Notes: generated from the letters alone by a model not told the origin. Counted from the stretch's first letter, positions 8,100 through 17,523 are shown. The stretch is DNA of 64,000 nt from a bacterium (GCA_035295165.1 DATGJN010000061.1:5908-69907), one strand, 5' to 3'. Translations and numbers: made by a program.

Positions 8100-9737
8100 T
8101 CAAGACGCCAGCGACACAGTGTGGAAGCGCATCATGCCGTCCGGCACATGCACGTATCCGCGTACCTTGGTGGAGAACAGCTTGTACTCCTTGGGGAAGT
8201 ACAGCCAGACGTACGGCATGTCGTCGGCGAGGATCTGCGTCACCTGGTCATAGGCGCGGCGACGCTGGCCCATGTCTTGGAGGACGCGGGCGGCATCGAG
8301 CAGGGTCTGCACCTGGGGGTTGGTGTACCCCGCGTCGTTGAACGAGCCGATCCCCGACTGCGTGACGAACGGATAGATGTCGAAATCCGGATCCGGCCGG
8401 CCGCTCCATCCGAGCAGCGCGGCTTGGTGCTGGAGTTTGTCGGTCACGTCCAGCATCTGACCGAACTCGATGATCTGAATCTTCGTCTGGATCCCGACGT
8501 CGCTGGCCATCGACTGCACCGCCTGGGCGATCGCCTGCGCCTGTTGCCCCTGCACGGTCAACAACGTGAACTCGAATCCGCTCCCATGCCCGCCTGACTG
8601 GAGACGCTCCTTGGCCTGCCCCACATTCCTCAGGGGGATCTTCCACGCCGGGTTGTACGCTGGGGTGCCGTTCGGGAAGAATGAGTAGGAAGGGTACGCC
8701 GCGCCCTGCAGGACGACGTTGGCGATCGCGTTGCGGTCGATCGTCGCGCTCAACGCCTGACGCAGCGCCTTGTTGTCGAACGGCGGCTTGGTCACGTTCA
8801 ACCAGATCCCCTGCCACTGAAACGCGCCGTGCTCGCTGAGCCGGTACGGTGCCGCCGGCTTCGCCGAGTCCTGCGCCAGCTGCTTCACCTGCGGGGCCGG
8901 CACAATATTGATGATGTCCACGTCGCCGGACTTCAAGTTCGCGACGCGCGCATTGTCGTCCGCGAACGGCCGGAAGATCACCTGGTCAAGATAGGGCAGC
9001 CCCTTCATCCAATAGTTCGGGTTGCGCTTGAGCGTGATGTGGTCCTGGGGGATCTTCTCGACGAACGAGAACGGCCCGCTCCCGACCGGATGGAGCGCGA
9101 AGTTGAGCGGGTCTTTCTCGGCGGCGGCGGGCGATACCATCATGCCCGCGCGGTCGGTGAGCACGTACATCAGCGGGCTGTACGGTCGTTCGAGCTTGAT
9201 CTGCACGGTGACAGGATCGGTCGCAACGACCTCGGTGACGGGCGCGATCTCGCTCTTCCGAGCGGACGGGAACTTCGGGTCGCGCATGCGGTTGAAGTTG
9301 TACACGACCGCCTGCGCATTGAGGGGCGTCCCGTCGTGAAACTGCACGCCCGGCCGCAGCTTCAGCGTGTAGGTCCGGCCGTCCGGGGAGATCGACCAGG
9401 ACGTCACGAGCATCGGCACGAGCTTGAGATCCGCGTCGGTGTCCACGAGCTTGTCGTACAGGCTTTGGTACACCTGCCGGTCCACGGCCGCGGTCGAACG
9501 GTGCGGGTCGAGGTTCGGCGGGTCCGCATCGAGCCCAGCCCGAAGCGTGCCGCCCCGGCGGCCGCCGCCCTGGGCGAACGCACGCGCCAGATCGGGTGCT
9601 CCGAGCAACCCCGCCGCGAGTGCCCCCGCCGCGCCGTAGCGCATGAGATCGCGCCTCGTGATCCGCCCATTCGTTGCGCGCGATGATGCCACACCCCACC
9701 TCCCCGCCATGATGGAATCGCGCCCCCGGATATTCAC
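8100..9737 (-). CDS. ABC transporter substrate-binding protein, family 5 (peptide/nickel type), Tat signal
   Basis: 545-aa ORF with twin-arginine leader ITRRDLMRYGAAGALAAGLL...ARA and a family-5 SBP body. Start is uncertain (GTG 9737 or ATG 9710). Confidence 0.9.
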   Translation of the reverse strand: MNIRGRDSIMAGRWGVASSRATNGRITRRDLMRYGAAGALAAGLLGAPDLARAFAQGGGRRGGTLRAGLDADPPNLDPHRSTAAVDRQVYQSLYDKLVDTDADLKLVPMLVTSWSISPDGRTYTLKLRPGVQFHDGTPLNAQAVVYNFNRMRDPKFPSARKSEIAPVTEVVATDPVTVQIKLERPYSPLMYVLTDRAGMMVSPAAAEKDPLNFALHPVGSGPFSFVEKIPQDHITLKRNPNYWMKGLPYLDQVIFRPFADDNARVANLKSGDVDIINIVPAPQVKQLAQDSAKPAAPYRLSEHGAFQWQGIWLNVTKPPFDNKALRQALSATIDRNAIANVVLQGAAYPSYSFFPNGTPAYNPAWKIPLRNVGQAKERLQSGGHGSGFEFTLLTVQGQQAQAIAQAVQSMASDVGIQTKIQIIEFGQMLDVTDKLQHQAALLGWSGRPDPDFDIYPFVTQSGIGSFNDAGYTNPQVQTLLDAARVLQDMGQRRRAYDQVTQILADDMPYVWLYFPKEYKLFSTKVRGYVHVPDGMMRFHTVSLAS

Positions 9738-9805
9738 GCCGCCCGGGGAAAATCCTCTCCCTCCCTAGCAGGGAGACGCCTTTGTTACAGGATACGAGCG
9801 GACCG

Positions 9806-10633
9806 CTACCGGAAGTTCTCCCGGCAGAACCGCAGGGTCCGCTCCAGGCGCTCGGCAACGACGGTATCGTTCCCGGCGCCGAGCGCGTCGGGCAGGAGCT
9901 CCACGGCGACGGCCCCGCGGTACCCGCGCCCACGCAGCGCCGCCAGGAACGGGGCGAGCGGAAGCCGGCCCTCGCCCGGCAGCCGGTGCTGCTCACCGTT
10001 GTAGTCGGACAGGTGCACATGCGCCACGCGGTCGGCGACGCGTTCGTATGCCGCCAGGAGGTCAGCGTTCCACGTCCCGATGTGCGTCGTGTCGAACGCA
10101 ACCGCGGGGAACCGCCGGAGATCGCGCAGGTGGGCGAGGTCGAACAGGTTGACCGACCACGCACCGGCGACCGGATGGCGCGGCATGTTCTCCACCGCGA
10201 TCGTCACGCCCGTCTTGGCCTGGTACGCGGGCAACTCGTCCTCCAGCCAGGCATGGTACCGCGACCGGCGGGGAAACGGCGTCAGCACGGAGATGGAGAA
10301 GAACGGGGGATGCCGGATCGCGAACCAGCGATAGCGAATCGGTGGGTGCACGACGACGGTCTGGGCCCCGACGGCCAACGCGAGCTCCACGGAGCGGCGG
10401 ACGCGCTCCACCTCGTCCCCACCCCATCCCATGAGCCCTGGCCGCGACGGCGCGTGCACGGCCACGATCGGCAGCGGAACGTCGCGGGCAAGCGTGGACA
10501 GGTACGCGGGATCGCGCGTGTCCCACCGATCGTCCACCATCAACTCGAGGCCGTCGAAACCGGCGGCCGCCGCCAGCCGGGCGGCGCGGAGGGTGCCGTA
10601 CGTGAAAAGCGAGCCCGTGGAGAGCACGATCAT
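9806..10633 (-). CDS. Sugar phosphate isomerase/epimerase (xylose-isomerase-like TIM barrel)
   Basis: 275-aa ORF. ...AAAAGFDGLELMV..., VVVHPP, AVENMP, FDTTHIG. Confidence 0.8.
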   Translation of the reverse strand: MIVLSTGSLFTYGTLRAARLAAAAGFDGLELMVDDRWDTRDPAYLSTLARDVPLPIVAVHAPSRPGLMGWGGDEVERVRRSVELALAVGAQTVVVHPPIRYRWFAIRHPPFFSISVLTPFPRRSRYHAWLEDELPAYQAKTGVTIAVENMPRHPVAGAWSVNLFDLAHLRDLRRFPAVAFDTTHIGTWNADLLAAYERVADRVAHVHLSDYNGEQHRLPGEGRLPLAPFLAALRGRGYRGAVAVELLPDALGAGNDTVVAERLERTLRFCRENFR

Positions 10634-10690
10634 GAGGCTAGCGTAACCGCGCGTCCGCGCCGTCGCCAGGAGAAGAGCGGCGGGGCGATG

Positions 10691-10734
10691 GCCGTGGGGC
10701 CGCGGACCGCCTGTCGGCTCCGCGGCCCCACGGC
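10691..10734 (-). terminator. GC-rich hairpin immediately after the aconitase stop codon
   Basis: GCCGTGGGGCCGCGGA (10691-10706) pairs with TCCGCGGCCCCACGGC (10719-10734): a 16-bp stem with a 12-nt loop. No U-tract. Confidence 0.55.
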
Positions 10735-10735
10735 G

Positions 10736-12679
10736 TCAGTGAACCGGGTTCGACTTCGTGTGCGCGAGCAGCCCGCCCGCAAGCAGATGATCCCGCTCTC
10801 GGCGGTTCAACGTCAGCGCGACCTGGAACGTCGTCCTCTTCGTCACGTTCTTGACCGTGAGGTACTCCGCGTCCCCGTCCACCTGCTTGCGGATATCCGG
10901 GATCTCGAGCACGTCGCCCTGATCGATCTTATCGTGGTCCGCGGGGTCCACAAACGTCATCGGCACGAGTCCCCAGTTGATCAAGTTCGCGCGGTGAATG
11001 CGGGCAAACGCCTTTGCGATCACGCCCGTGACCCCGAGGAACATCGGCGCGATGGCCGCGTGCTCGCGGCTGCTGCCCTGCCCGTAGTTCTGACCGCCGA
11101 CGATCAGCCCCCCCGGCTTCTGCTTCGATCGCGCCGGGAACTCCGGATCCACGCGGTTGAACACGTACTCGGCGAGCTTTGGGATGTTGGAGCGGTAGCG
11201 GAGGATTTGAGAACCCGCGGGCATGATGTGATCGGTGCTGATGTTATCCCCGAGTTTGATCAGCACTTCCCCGCGCAGGGACTCGGCGAGCGGGCCCTTC
11301 AGCGGGATCCCCTTGATGTTGTCGCCCTTCACGATCACGACCGCCGGCGCCTCCGCCTCTGAGGCGGGCGGCACCAGGCTCGTGTTGTCCTGCGACAGGC
11401 GCTTCGGCTCATGCTGCCCCGGGGCCGCCGTCCCGAGCTTCCGAGGATCCGTGATGACGCCCGCGACCGCGGTCGCCGCGGCGACCTCGCTCGAGCTCAG
11501 ATAGACTTCGTCGTCCTTCTGCCCGGACCGCCCCTTGAAGTTCCGGTTCGCCACGCGCAGGGACTTCATGCCCTTCGCCGGGACGTGTCCGACGCCGATG
11601 CACGCGCCGCAGGTCGCGGCCTCGACGCTCACGCCCGCGGCGATCAGCTCGGTCAGCAGCCCCTCGCGCGCGAGCTCCTCGACGTCGAGTCGGCTGCTCG
11701 GATGGACGAAGAACGTGATGTCGGGGTGCACCCGCTTCCCTTTCAGCATCTCCGCGAGCGCGCGCAGATCCATGTAGGACCCGTTGGTGCACGACCCGAC
11801 CATGATCTGGTCGATCTTGACGCCCTCCGCCTCGGACACCGGCACCACTTTGTCGGGGTTGCTTGGAAGCGCGACCAGCGGCTCGATCGAACCGAGGTCG
11901 ATCTCGATCGAGTCGTCGTACGCCGCGTCCGGGTCGGGCAGCACCTCGCGCCAGTCGTTGGCGCGTCCGATGCGCTTCATGTACTCACGCGTCACCGCAT
12001 CGGACGGGAAGATCGACGTCGACGCGCCCGTCTCGGCGCCCATGTTGCAGATCGTGAGCCGCTGCTGAACGTTCAGGGTCGCGACCCCGGGTCCGGCGTA
12101 CTCGAACACCTTGCCGTACCCGCCGCTCGCGGTGTTCCGGCGCAGCATCTCGAGAATCACGTCCTTCGCGGTCGACCACGGCGGAAGTTGGCCGGTCAGG
12201 TGCACGCGCGTGACCGCGGGCATGTTGAGGTAGTACGGACCGCCGCCCATCGCCACGGCCACGTCCAAGCCGCCCGCGCCCATCGCGTACAGGCCCATCC
12301 CGCCTGCGTGCACCGTGTGGCTGTCCGCCCCGAGCGCGGTGTCTCCGGGACACGCGAAGTGCTCCTGGTGGATTTGATGCCCGATCCCCGCGCCGGGCTT
12401 TCCCCACCACATGCCGTACTTGCGCGCCGCGGTGGCGAGGTATACGTGGTCCTCGGTGTTCTCCTCGCTGACCTGCAACACGTTGTGGTCGCCGTAGACG
12501 GCCGCCACCTTACACCGCACCCGCTGGAGTTGCATCGCTTCGAAGTGCATCATCACGGCGGTCCCCGTGATGTCCTGGATCACGATTTCGTCGATCCGGA
12601 TCCCGATCTCTCGACCGGGAACCATCTGGCCGTCCGCGAGATGCGCCTTCAGGATTTTCCGCGTGACGTTCTCACCCAT
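10736..12679 (-). CDS. Aconitate hydratase family protein (~647 aa, short 'putative aconitase' type)
   Basis: MGENVTRKILKAHL...IVIQDITGT...GADSHTVHAGG...ICNMGAETGA...VGSCTNG...GGQNYGQGSSREHAA. ATG at 12679 is preceded by GAGGAGGAG. The upstream part of the 1040-aa ORF was discarded. Confidence 0.9.
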   Translation of the reverse strand: MGENVTRKILKAHLADGQMVPGREIGIRIDEIVIQDITGTAVMMHFEAMQLQRVRCKVAAVYGDHNVLQVSEENTEDHVYLATAARKYGMWWGKPGAGIGHQIHQEHFACPGDTALGADSHTVHAGGMGLYAMGAGGLDVAVAMGGGPYYLNMPAVTRVHLTGQLPPWSTAKDVILEMLRRNTASGGYGKVFEYAGPGVATLNVQQRLTICNMGAETGASTSIFPSDAVTREYMKRIGRANDWREVLPDPDAAYDDSIEIDLGSIEPLVALPSNPDKVVPVSEAEGVKIDQIMVGSCTNGSYMDLRALAEMLKGKRVHPDITFFVHPSSRLDVEELAREGLLTELIAAGVSVEAATCGACIGVGHVPAKGMKSLRVANRNFKGRSGQKDDEVYLSSSEVAAATAVAGVITDPRKLGTAAPGQHEPKRLSQDNTSLVPPASEAEAPAVVIVKGDNIKGIPLKGPLAESLRGEVLIKLGDNISTDHIMPAGSQILRYRSNIPKLAEYVFNRVDPEFPARSKQKPGGLIVGGQNYGQGSSREHAAIAPMFLGVTGVIAKAFARIHRANLINWGLVPMTFVDPADHDKIDQGDVLEIPDIRKQVDGDAEYLTVKNVTKRTTFQVALTLNRRERDHLLAGGLLAHTKSNPVH

Positions 12680-12789
12680 CGCGTCTCCTCCTCGAGGGAA
12701 CCTCATCGGCTGCGGGCGCGCGCATGCGCACGCCCCTCCACCGATTATAGCGGGCCGCGCGCCCGCCCGAATATCACCGCGCCCGCCGT

Positions 12790-13767
12790 CTAGGCCTCCC
12801 GGGCGGCCATGATCGCCGCGCGAATGTTGGCCTCCGGCGTGTCCACCGGCATGACGCACCCGGTCGTCACGATGTGCCCGCGGCCGCCCGTGTCTGCGAT
12901 GGCCGCCTGCACCTCGCGCACGACCGCCTCCGGCGTCGCCTTGGCGAGCGTATTCCACGCGTCGATGCCGCACGCGAGGCACGTCGCGACGCGGGCACGA
13001 GCCTCGGCGATCGTCGGCGCCGTCTCGCGGGCGTGCCAGTTGAGAATCTGGATCGGATAGTTGGCGATGAGATCGAACATCACGTTCTGCCCGTGGAGGT
13101 GGAGGAACGTCAGCCCGCCGGAGGCGGCCTCGAGCACGCGCAGATCGTACGGACGGCCGAACTCCTCGTACTCCTCCACGGTCAACAGATCCGTCGTGGC
13201 CATCTGCGTCGAGAAGAAGACGCCGTCCGCGCCCGCGCCCATGACCTCGCGGACGAACGCAGCGGTGACGTCGGTGATCACGTCCAACCCCTGGTGCAGC
13301 GCCTCCGGATCCTCCCGCAGGTAGCGCACGGTCGCGTGCTCCCCCGCGAGCGTCCGGGCGATGCTCAGGGGGCTGAACACGGTCTCGAGCACCGCCACCT
13401 CGCGCCCGACGGCCTCCGCGACCAGCCGCATCGCGTGGGTCTCGCGGCCGTACACACCCTGGCTCGGGTCGAGCCGCTTGAGGCGCCCCCAATCGGCGGC
13501 CTTTTTGATCGGCCGCTCGGTGTAGTGACGAACGCCCTCCCGGTTCGGCTTGTACCCGGCGCGCAGCCCCCAGTCGTCTCCGTAGTACCCGCTCGCCGGC
13601 GTCACCTTGAGCAGATCCGGGTCGTAGGCGCGATAGTGCGCCACATGGACCCGCGCCATCTGTTCTGCGCGCTGGTCGTCGCCCGGAAAGTGGCGCCACA
13701 GCGCCACGGGCACGTGGTCCGGCCGCTCCCCCCGCACAGCGGCGTCGATCCGCTCCCGATGCGTCAT
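12790..13767 (-). CDS. Uroporphyrinogen decarboxylase (URO-D) family protein
   Basis: 325-aa ORF. RERIDAAVRGERPDHVPVALW... with URO-D/MtaA-like layout. Function is not assignable from the sequence. Confidence 0.75.
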   Translation of the reverse strand: MTHRERIDAAVRGERPDHVPVALWRHFPGDDQRAEQMARVHVAHYRAYDPDLLKVTPASGYYGDDWGLRAGYKPNREGVRHYTERPIKKAADWGRLKRLDPSQGVYGRETHAMRLVAEAVGREVAVLETVFSPLSIARTLAGEHATVRYLREDPEALHQGLDVITDVTAAFVREVMGAGADGVFFSTQMATTDLLTVEEYEEFGRPYDLRVLEAASGGLTFLHLHGQNVMFDLIANYPIQILNWHARETAPTIAEARARVATCLACGIDAWNTLAKATPEAVVREVQAAIADTGGRGHIVTTGCVMPVDTPEANIRAAIMAAREA

Positions 13768-14867
13768 TGCCGATCCTCCTTTGCCAGCCCCGGAGCATTC
13801 GCGTCGCGGCCTGCCCGCGCGGTCGCCGACCCCGCGGCCCGCAGCATGCCCGCCGCACCGTCCACGCGGGCGGGATCGCCGTAGATCTCGCGCAACGAAT
13901 CGAGCGTGATGTTGCCGCCGCTCAGGACCAACACCACGGTCTTGCCCCGCAGCCGCTCGCGGAGGCGGAACGCCGCCGCCGTGCTTGCGGCGCCCGCGCC
14001 CTCGGCGGTCTGGCGCACGGCCTGCGCCAGCACGAGGATCGCGCGCCGCATCTCCTCGTCGGTGACCAAGACCGCTTCATCGAGGTGCGCCCGAAGAATG
14101 GTGAGCGGCAGCGCAAACGGCACGCGCGTGGCGATGCCCTCGGCAAACGTCTCCATGCGCTCCAGGCTGACCATCCGGCCTTCGCGCAGCGACCGCTCCA
14201 CCGGATTGGCGCCCTCCGCCTGGACGCCGATGACCTGAACCCGCCGGTTGAGCGCCTTCGCCACGATGCAGTGGCCGCACGCGCCGCTGCCGGCCCCGAT
14301 CGGCACCACGATCACGTCGACATCCGGCACGTCCTCGAACACTTCCAGACTCGCGGTCCCCACCCCGGCGATCAGCAGCGGCTCGTTGGCCGAGTGCACG
14401 TAGCGGAGCCCCCCAGCCTCGGCGGTGCGCTCCGCCCACTCTCGGGCCTCATCGAAATCGCGCCCCTCCAGCACGACCTCGGCGCCCAGCGCCCGCATCG
14501 CCGCCACCTTGAGCGGGTTATTGCCTCTCGGCGCGACGATCGTCGCCCGCACGCCGAACATCCGCGCCGCGTAGGCGATCGACTGGCCGTGGTTCCCCGT
14601 GCTCGCCGTGATCACGCCCCGCCGCCGCTCCTCCGGCGAGAGCGCGTGGACCAGATTGATGCCGCCGCGCACCTTGAACGCACCGGTCGGCAGCAGATTC
14701 TCACACTTCACGTACACGCGCGCGTCCAGCGCCCGGTCGAGCGTCGGGGCGTGCACGAGCGGCGTACGCGGCAGGTGCGGCGCAATGACGCGACGGGCCA
14801 CGAGCACGTCGTGGATCGTCGGCAGCGGTCCGGTCCAGGGTGCGTCATGCATCGTCGGTTCACTCAT
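13764..14867 (-). CDS. PLP-dependent threonine/serine dehydratase family protein
   Basis: ...VYVKCENLLPTGAFKVRGGINLV...ITASTGNHGQSIAYAA...VPIGAGSGACG. ATG at 14867. ATGA overlap with the URO-D-like gene. Confidence 0.85.
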   Translation of the reverse strand: MSEPTMHDAPWTGPLPTIHDVLVARRVIAPHLPRTPLVHAPTLDRALDARVYVKCENLLPTGAFKVRGGINLVHALSPEERRRGVITASTGNHGQSIAYAARMFGVRATIVAPRGNNPLKVAAMRALGAEVVLEGRDFDEAREWAERTAEAGGLRYVHSANEPLLIAGVGTASLEVFEDVPDVDVIVVPIGAGSGACGHCIVAKALNRRVQVIGVQAEGANPVERSLREGRMVSLERMETFAEGIATRVPFALPLTILRAHLDEAVLVTDEEMRRAILVLAQAVRQTAEGAGAASTAAAFRLRERLRGKTVVLVLSGGNITLDSLREIYGDPARVDGAAGMLRAAGSATARAGRDANAPGLAKEDRQ

Positions 14868-14941
14868 GCGACACGCTCGCGGGAAGTCTTTCGTGTGCTT
14901 TCGCCGGGAGCCGCCGCAACTCCCGCACCGCGCCCGCCGGC

Positions 14942-16228
14942 TCACCCGGCGCCTGCGCCGCCGCCGGAGGTGAACTGGGACACGATGAGCGCGAGGGTCA
15001 GGATCACCATGACGATCGTCGTGACCCACGCGATCACGTTGAACGCCCGGGAGTTGGTGTAGGTGCCCATTAGCTTCTTTTGGTTGACGAGCAGCAGCAT
15101 GAACACGAGGATGAACGGCAGCAGAATGCCGTTGGCCACCTGCGACAGGAACAGGATCTGCAACAGCGGCGCCCCGGGGAGCAACACGACCACGCACGCG
15201 ATCACGATCAGCGCGATGTACAGCCCGTAGAACGCCGGCGCCTGCCGCACCGTGCGGTCCACGCCCGCTTCGAACCCGAACGACTCGCACACGTAGTGAG
15301 CCGTCGCGAGCGGGAGCACGGACGCCGAGAACAACGAGGCGTTGATCAGGCCGAGGGCGAACAGCGCGGCCGCGTACTGGCCGGCGAGCGGACGCAGCGC
15401 GAGCGCTGCGTCCTGGACCGTCTCGACGTGGACGTGGTGCACGAAGATCGTCGCCCCGCACGCGACGATGATGAACCACGCGACCACGTCGGTCATAATC
15501 GAGCCGATCAGCACGTCGGTGCGTGTGTAGCCGTACTGCTTGGTCGTGATCCCCTTTTCGACGACGGCGGACTGCAGGTAGAACTGCATCCACGGCGCGA
15601 TCGTCGTCCCGATGACGCCGACGAACATCGTCAGGTAGTCGGCCCGGAAGCTGAAACTGGGGGTCACCGTCGCGCGCAGCACCTCGCCCCAGTTCGGGTG
15701 CGCGAGCACCCCGGACACGACGTACGCGAGATAAAACGCGCTGGCAAACAGGAAGATGCGCTCGACCGAGCGGAACGTCCCCTTGACGACGAGGATCCAG
15801 ACGGCGAGGGCACCGATCGGCACCAGAATGTACTTGGACACGCCGAAGATCTCCCCGCCGGCCGCGAGCCCGGAAAACTCCGCCATCGTGTTCCCGAGAT
15901 CGGCGAGGAGGAGCGCGAGCAGGGCGAACGCGGTCGCGCGGACGCCGAATCGTTCCCGAATCAGGTCGGCGAGCCCGACGCCGGTGACGGCGCCCAGCCG
16001 CGACGCCATCTCCTGGATGACGTACAGGGCGATCGTGATCGGGATCATCGTCCACAGAAACGCGTAGCCGAACCCCGCGCCGGCAAGCGAGTAGGTCGTG
16101 ATCCCGCCCGCGTCGTTGTCGACGTTCTGGGTCACAATCCCGGGCCCCATGATCACGAGGAACAGCATGAGGCGGCTCATCGCGGCGCTGCGCGTCGCCC
16201 GCCGAAGGATCGGGAGCGTGAAGCTCAC
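14942..16228 (-). CDS. Nramp/SLC11-family transporter with NRMT-type (Mg2+-type) metal-site substitutions
   Basis: 428-aa multi-TM ORF that aligns without gaps to the MntH TM1 region, but with DAGG instead of DPGN and GTTIAPW instead of GATVMPH. Confidence 0.85.
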   Translation of the reverse strand: MSFTLPILRRATRSAAMSRLMLFLVIMGPGIVTQNVDNDAGGITTYSLAGAGFGYAFLWTMIPITIALYVIQEMASRLGAVTGVGLADLIRERFGVRATAFALLALLLADLGNTMAEFSGLAAGGEIFGVSKYILVPIGALAVWILVVKGTFRSVERIFLFASAFYLAYVVSGVLAHPNWGEVLRATVTPSFSFRADYLTMFVGVIGTTIAPWMQFYLQSAVVEKGITTKQYGYTRTDVLIGSIMTDVVAWFIIVACGATIFVHHVHVETVQDAALALRPLAGQYAAALFALGLINASLFSASVLPLATAHYVCESFGFEAGVDRTVRQAPAFYGLYIALIVIACVVVLLPGAPLLQILFLSQVANGILLPFILVFMLLLVNQKKLMGTYTNSRAFNVIAWVTTIVMVILTLALIVSQFTSGGGAGAG

Positions 16229-17523
16229 GGGCCCGGTGGTGCGCCCGCCGCCCGGCGGCGGACCAGGTCGACGCCGCCTCCGAGCTTGCGGGGACCGTAC
16301 TCCTCGAGAAGGAGGTCGATCACGTGGTCCACCGTCACCACGCCGATCAACCGGCCGCTCTCCTCCACCACCGGCACCGCGAGGAGGTCGTACTTGACGA
16401 GCGCCCCCGCGACGTCCTCGGCGCTCGCGTCGGGCGGGACGGTGATGACGTGACGGAACATCACCTCCGAGATCGGCGCCGCAGGCGACGCGATGATCAA
16501 CGCCCGGATCGACAGCACGCCGACGAGACGCTCGTGGCCGTCCACCACGTACAGGTAGTTGATCGTGTCCGCGTCGGGCCGGGTCTCCCGCAGCCGCGCC
16601 AGCACCTGCTCCACCGTCATCGACTCCGGGAGAGCGATGTATTCCGTCGTCATCTTACCGGCGGCGGTGTCGGGCGGGTACTGAAGGAGCCGGCTGACCT
16701 CCTCGGCCTTCTCGTCCTCCATCAGGGCGATCAGTTCCTCGGCCCGCTCCTCCGGGAGCTCGCCGAGCACGTCCGCTGCCTCGTCCGGCGCCATCTCCTC
16801 GAGGATGTCGGAAGCGCGCTCGCTCGGGAGCTCCTGGATCACCGTCGTCTGCACCTCGGGCTCCGCCTCTTCGAGCACGTCCGCGGCGCGCTCCTCGGTC
16901 AGCGCGGTCATCATCTCGACCCGCTCGTCCCGGTCGAGCTCCTCGAGCAGGTCGGCGAGGTCCGCCGGGTGGATGTCTTTGAGCTTCTCGCGCGAGATAC
17001 TGAGCTTGAGCGGGGTCATCGTCCCGCCAAGGACCGCGACGAGGTTCCAGGGGATGACGCGCGAGGAGAGCGGCCGCCCGACTCGCTCGAGCATGCGAGA
17101 GACGGCCGGCTCCAGCCCGAGACGCCGCAGGATCGCGCGCGTGCCGACGTCGGCGCCAATCACCCGGACTTCGGTGCCGGTCTGCCGCAACTCGAGATCG
17201 TTCACCCGCACGACCTTGATGTCGTCTGTGTCCACGACCTGGCCGTCCAGGATGTCGTCGCGCAGGAGGATCTCCTCCGGCTGCAGCGGGCGGGGCGTGA
17301 GGTGACGCCGCTCCACCTTGAGGCGGATGCCGGACGCGGAAAACTCGGCGACGGCGTCCCACGGGATGATCGCCACGCGGCTGCGGTCGCCTTTCAGGAG
17401 GATGCCGGTGATCCTCGGAAATCGCTCGGTGCCATGGTAGATCACCAGGTCCGACACGGTATCGAACGCCTCGCCGGTCGCGTCGTGCACCGGCTTCCCG
17501 ATGACCTCGCTCAGGTAGCGCAT
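16225..17523 (-). CDS. Soluble PRC-barrel + MgtE N-terminal domain + CBS-pair protein (MgtE cytosolic module without a membrane domain)
   Basis: MRYLSEVIGKPVHD... (PRC barrel). ...IHPADLADLLEELDRDERVEMMTAL...AADVLEEM..DEAADVLGEL (MgtE_N). ...MTTEYIALPESMTV...LAVPVVEESGRLIGVVTVDHVIDLL (CBS pair). No hydrophobic C-terminus. GTGA overlap with the Nramp gene. Confidence 0.85.
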   Translation of the reverse strand: MRYLSEVIGKPVHDATGEAFDTVSDLVIYHGTERFPRITGILLKGDRSRVAIIPWDAVAEFSASGIRLKVERRHLTPRPLQPEEILLRDDILDGQVVDTDDIKVVRVNDLELRQTGTEVRVIGADVGTRAILRRLGLEPAVSRMLERVGRPLSSRVIPWNLVAVLGGTMTPLKLSISREKLKDIHPADLADLLEELDRDERVEMMTALTEERAADVLEEAEPEVQTTVIQELPSERASDILEEMAPDEAADVLGELPEERAEELIALMEDEKAEEVSRLLQYPPDTAAGKMTTEYIALPESMTVEQVLARLRETRPDADTINYLYVVDGHERLVGVLSIRALIIASPAAPISEVMFRHVITVPPDASAEDVAGALVKYDLLAVPVVEESGRLIGVVTVDHVIDLLLEEYGPRKLGGGVDLVRRRAAGAPPGP

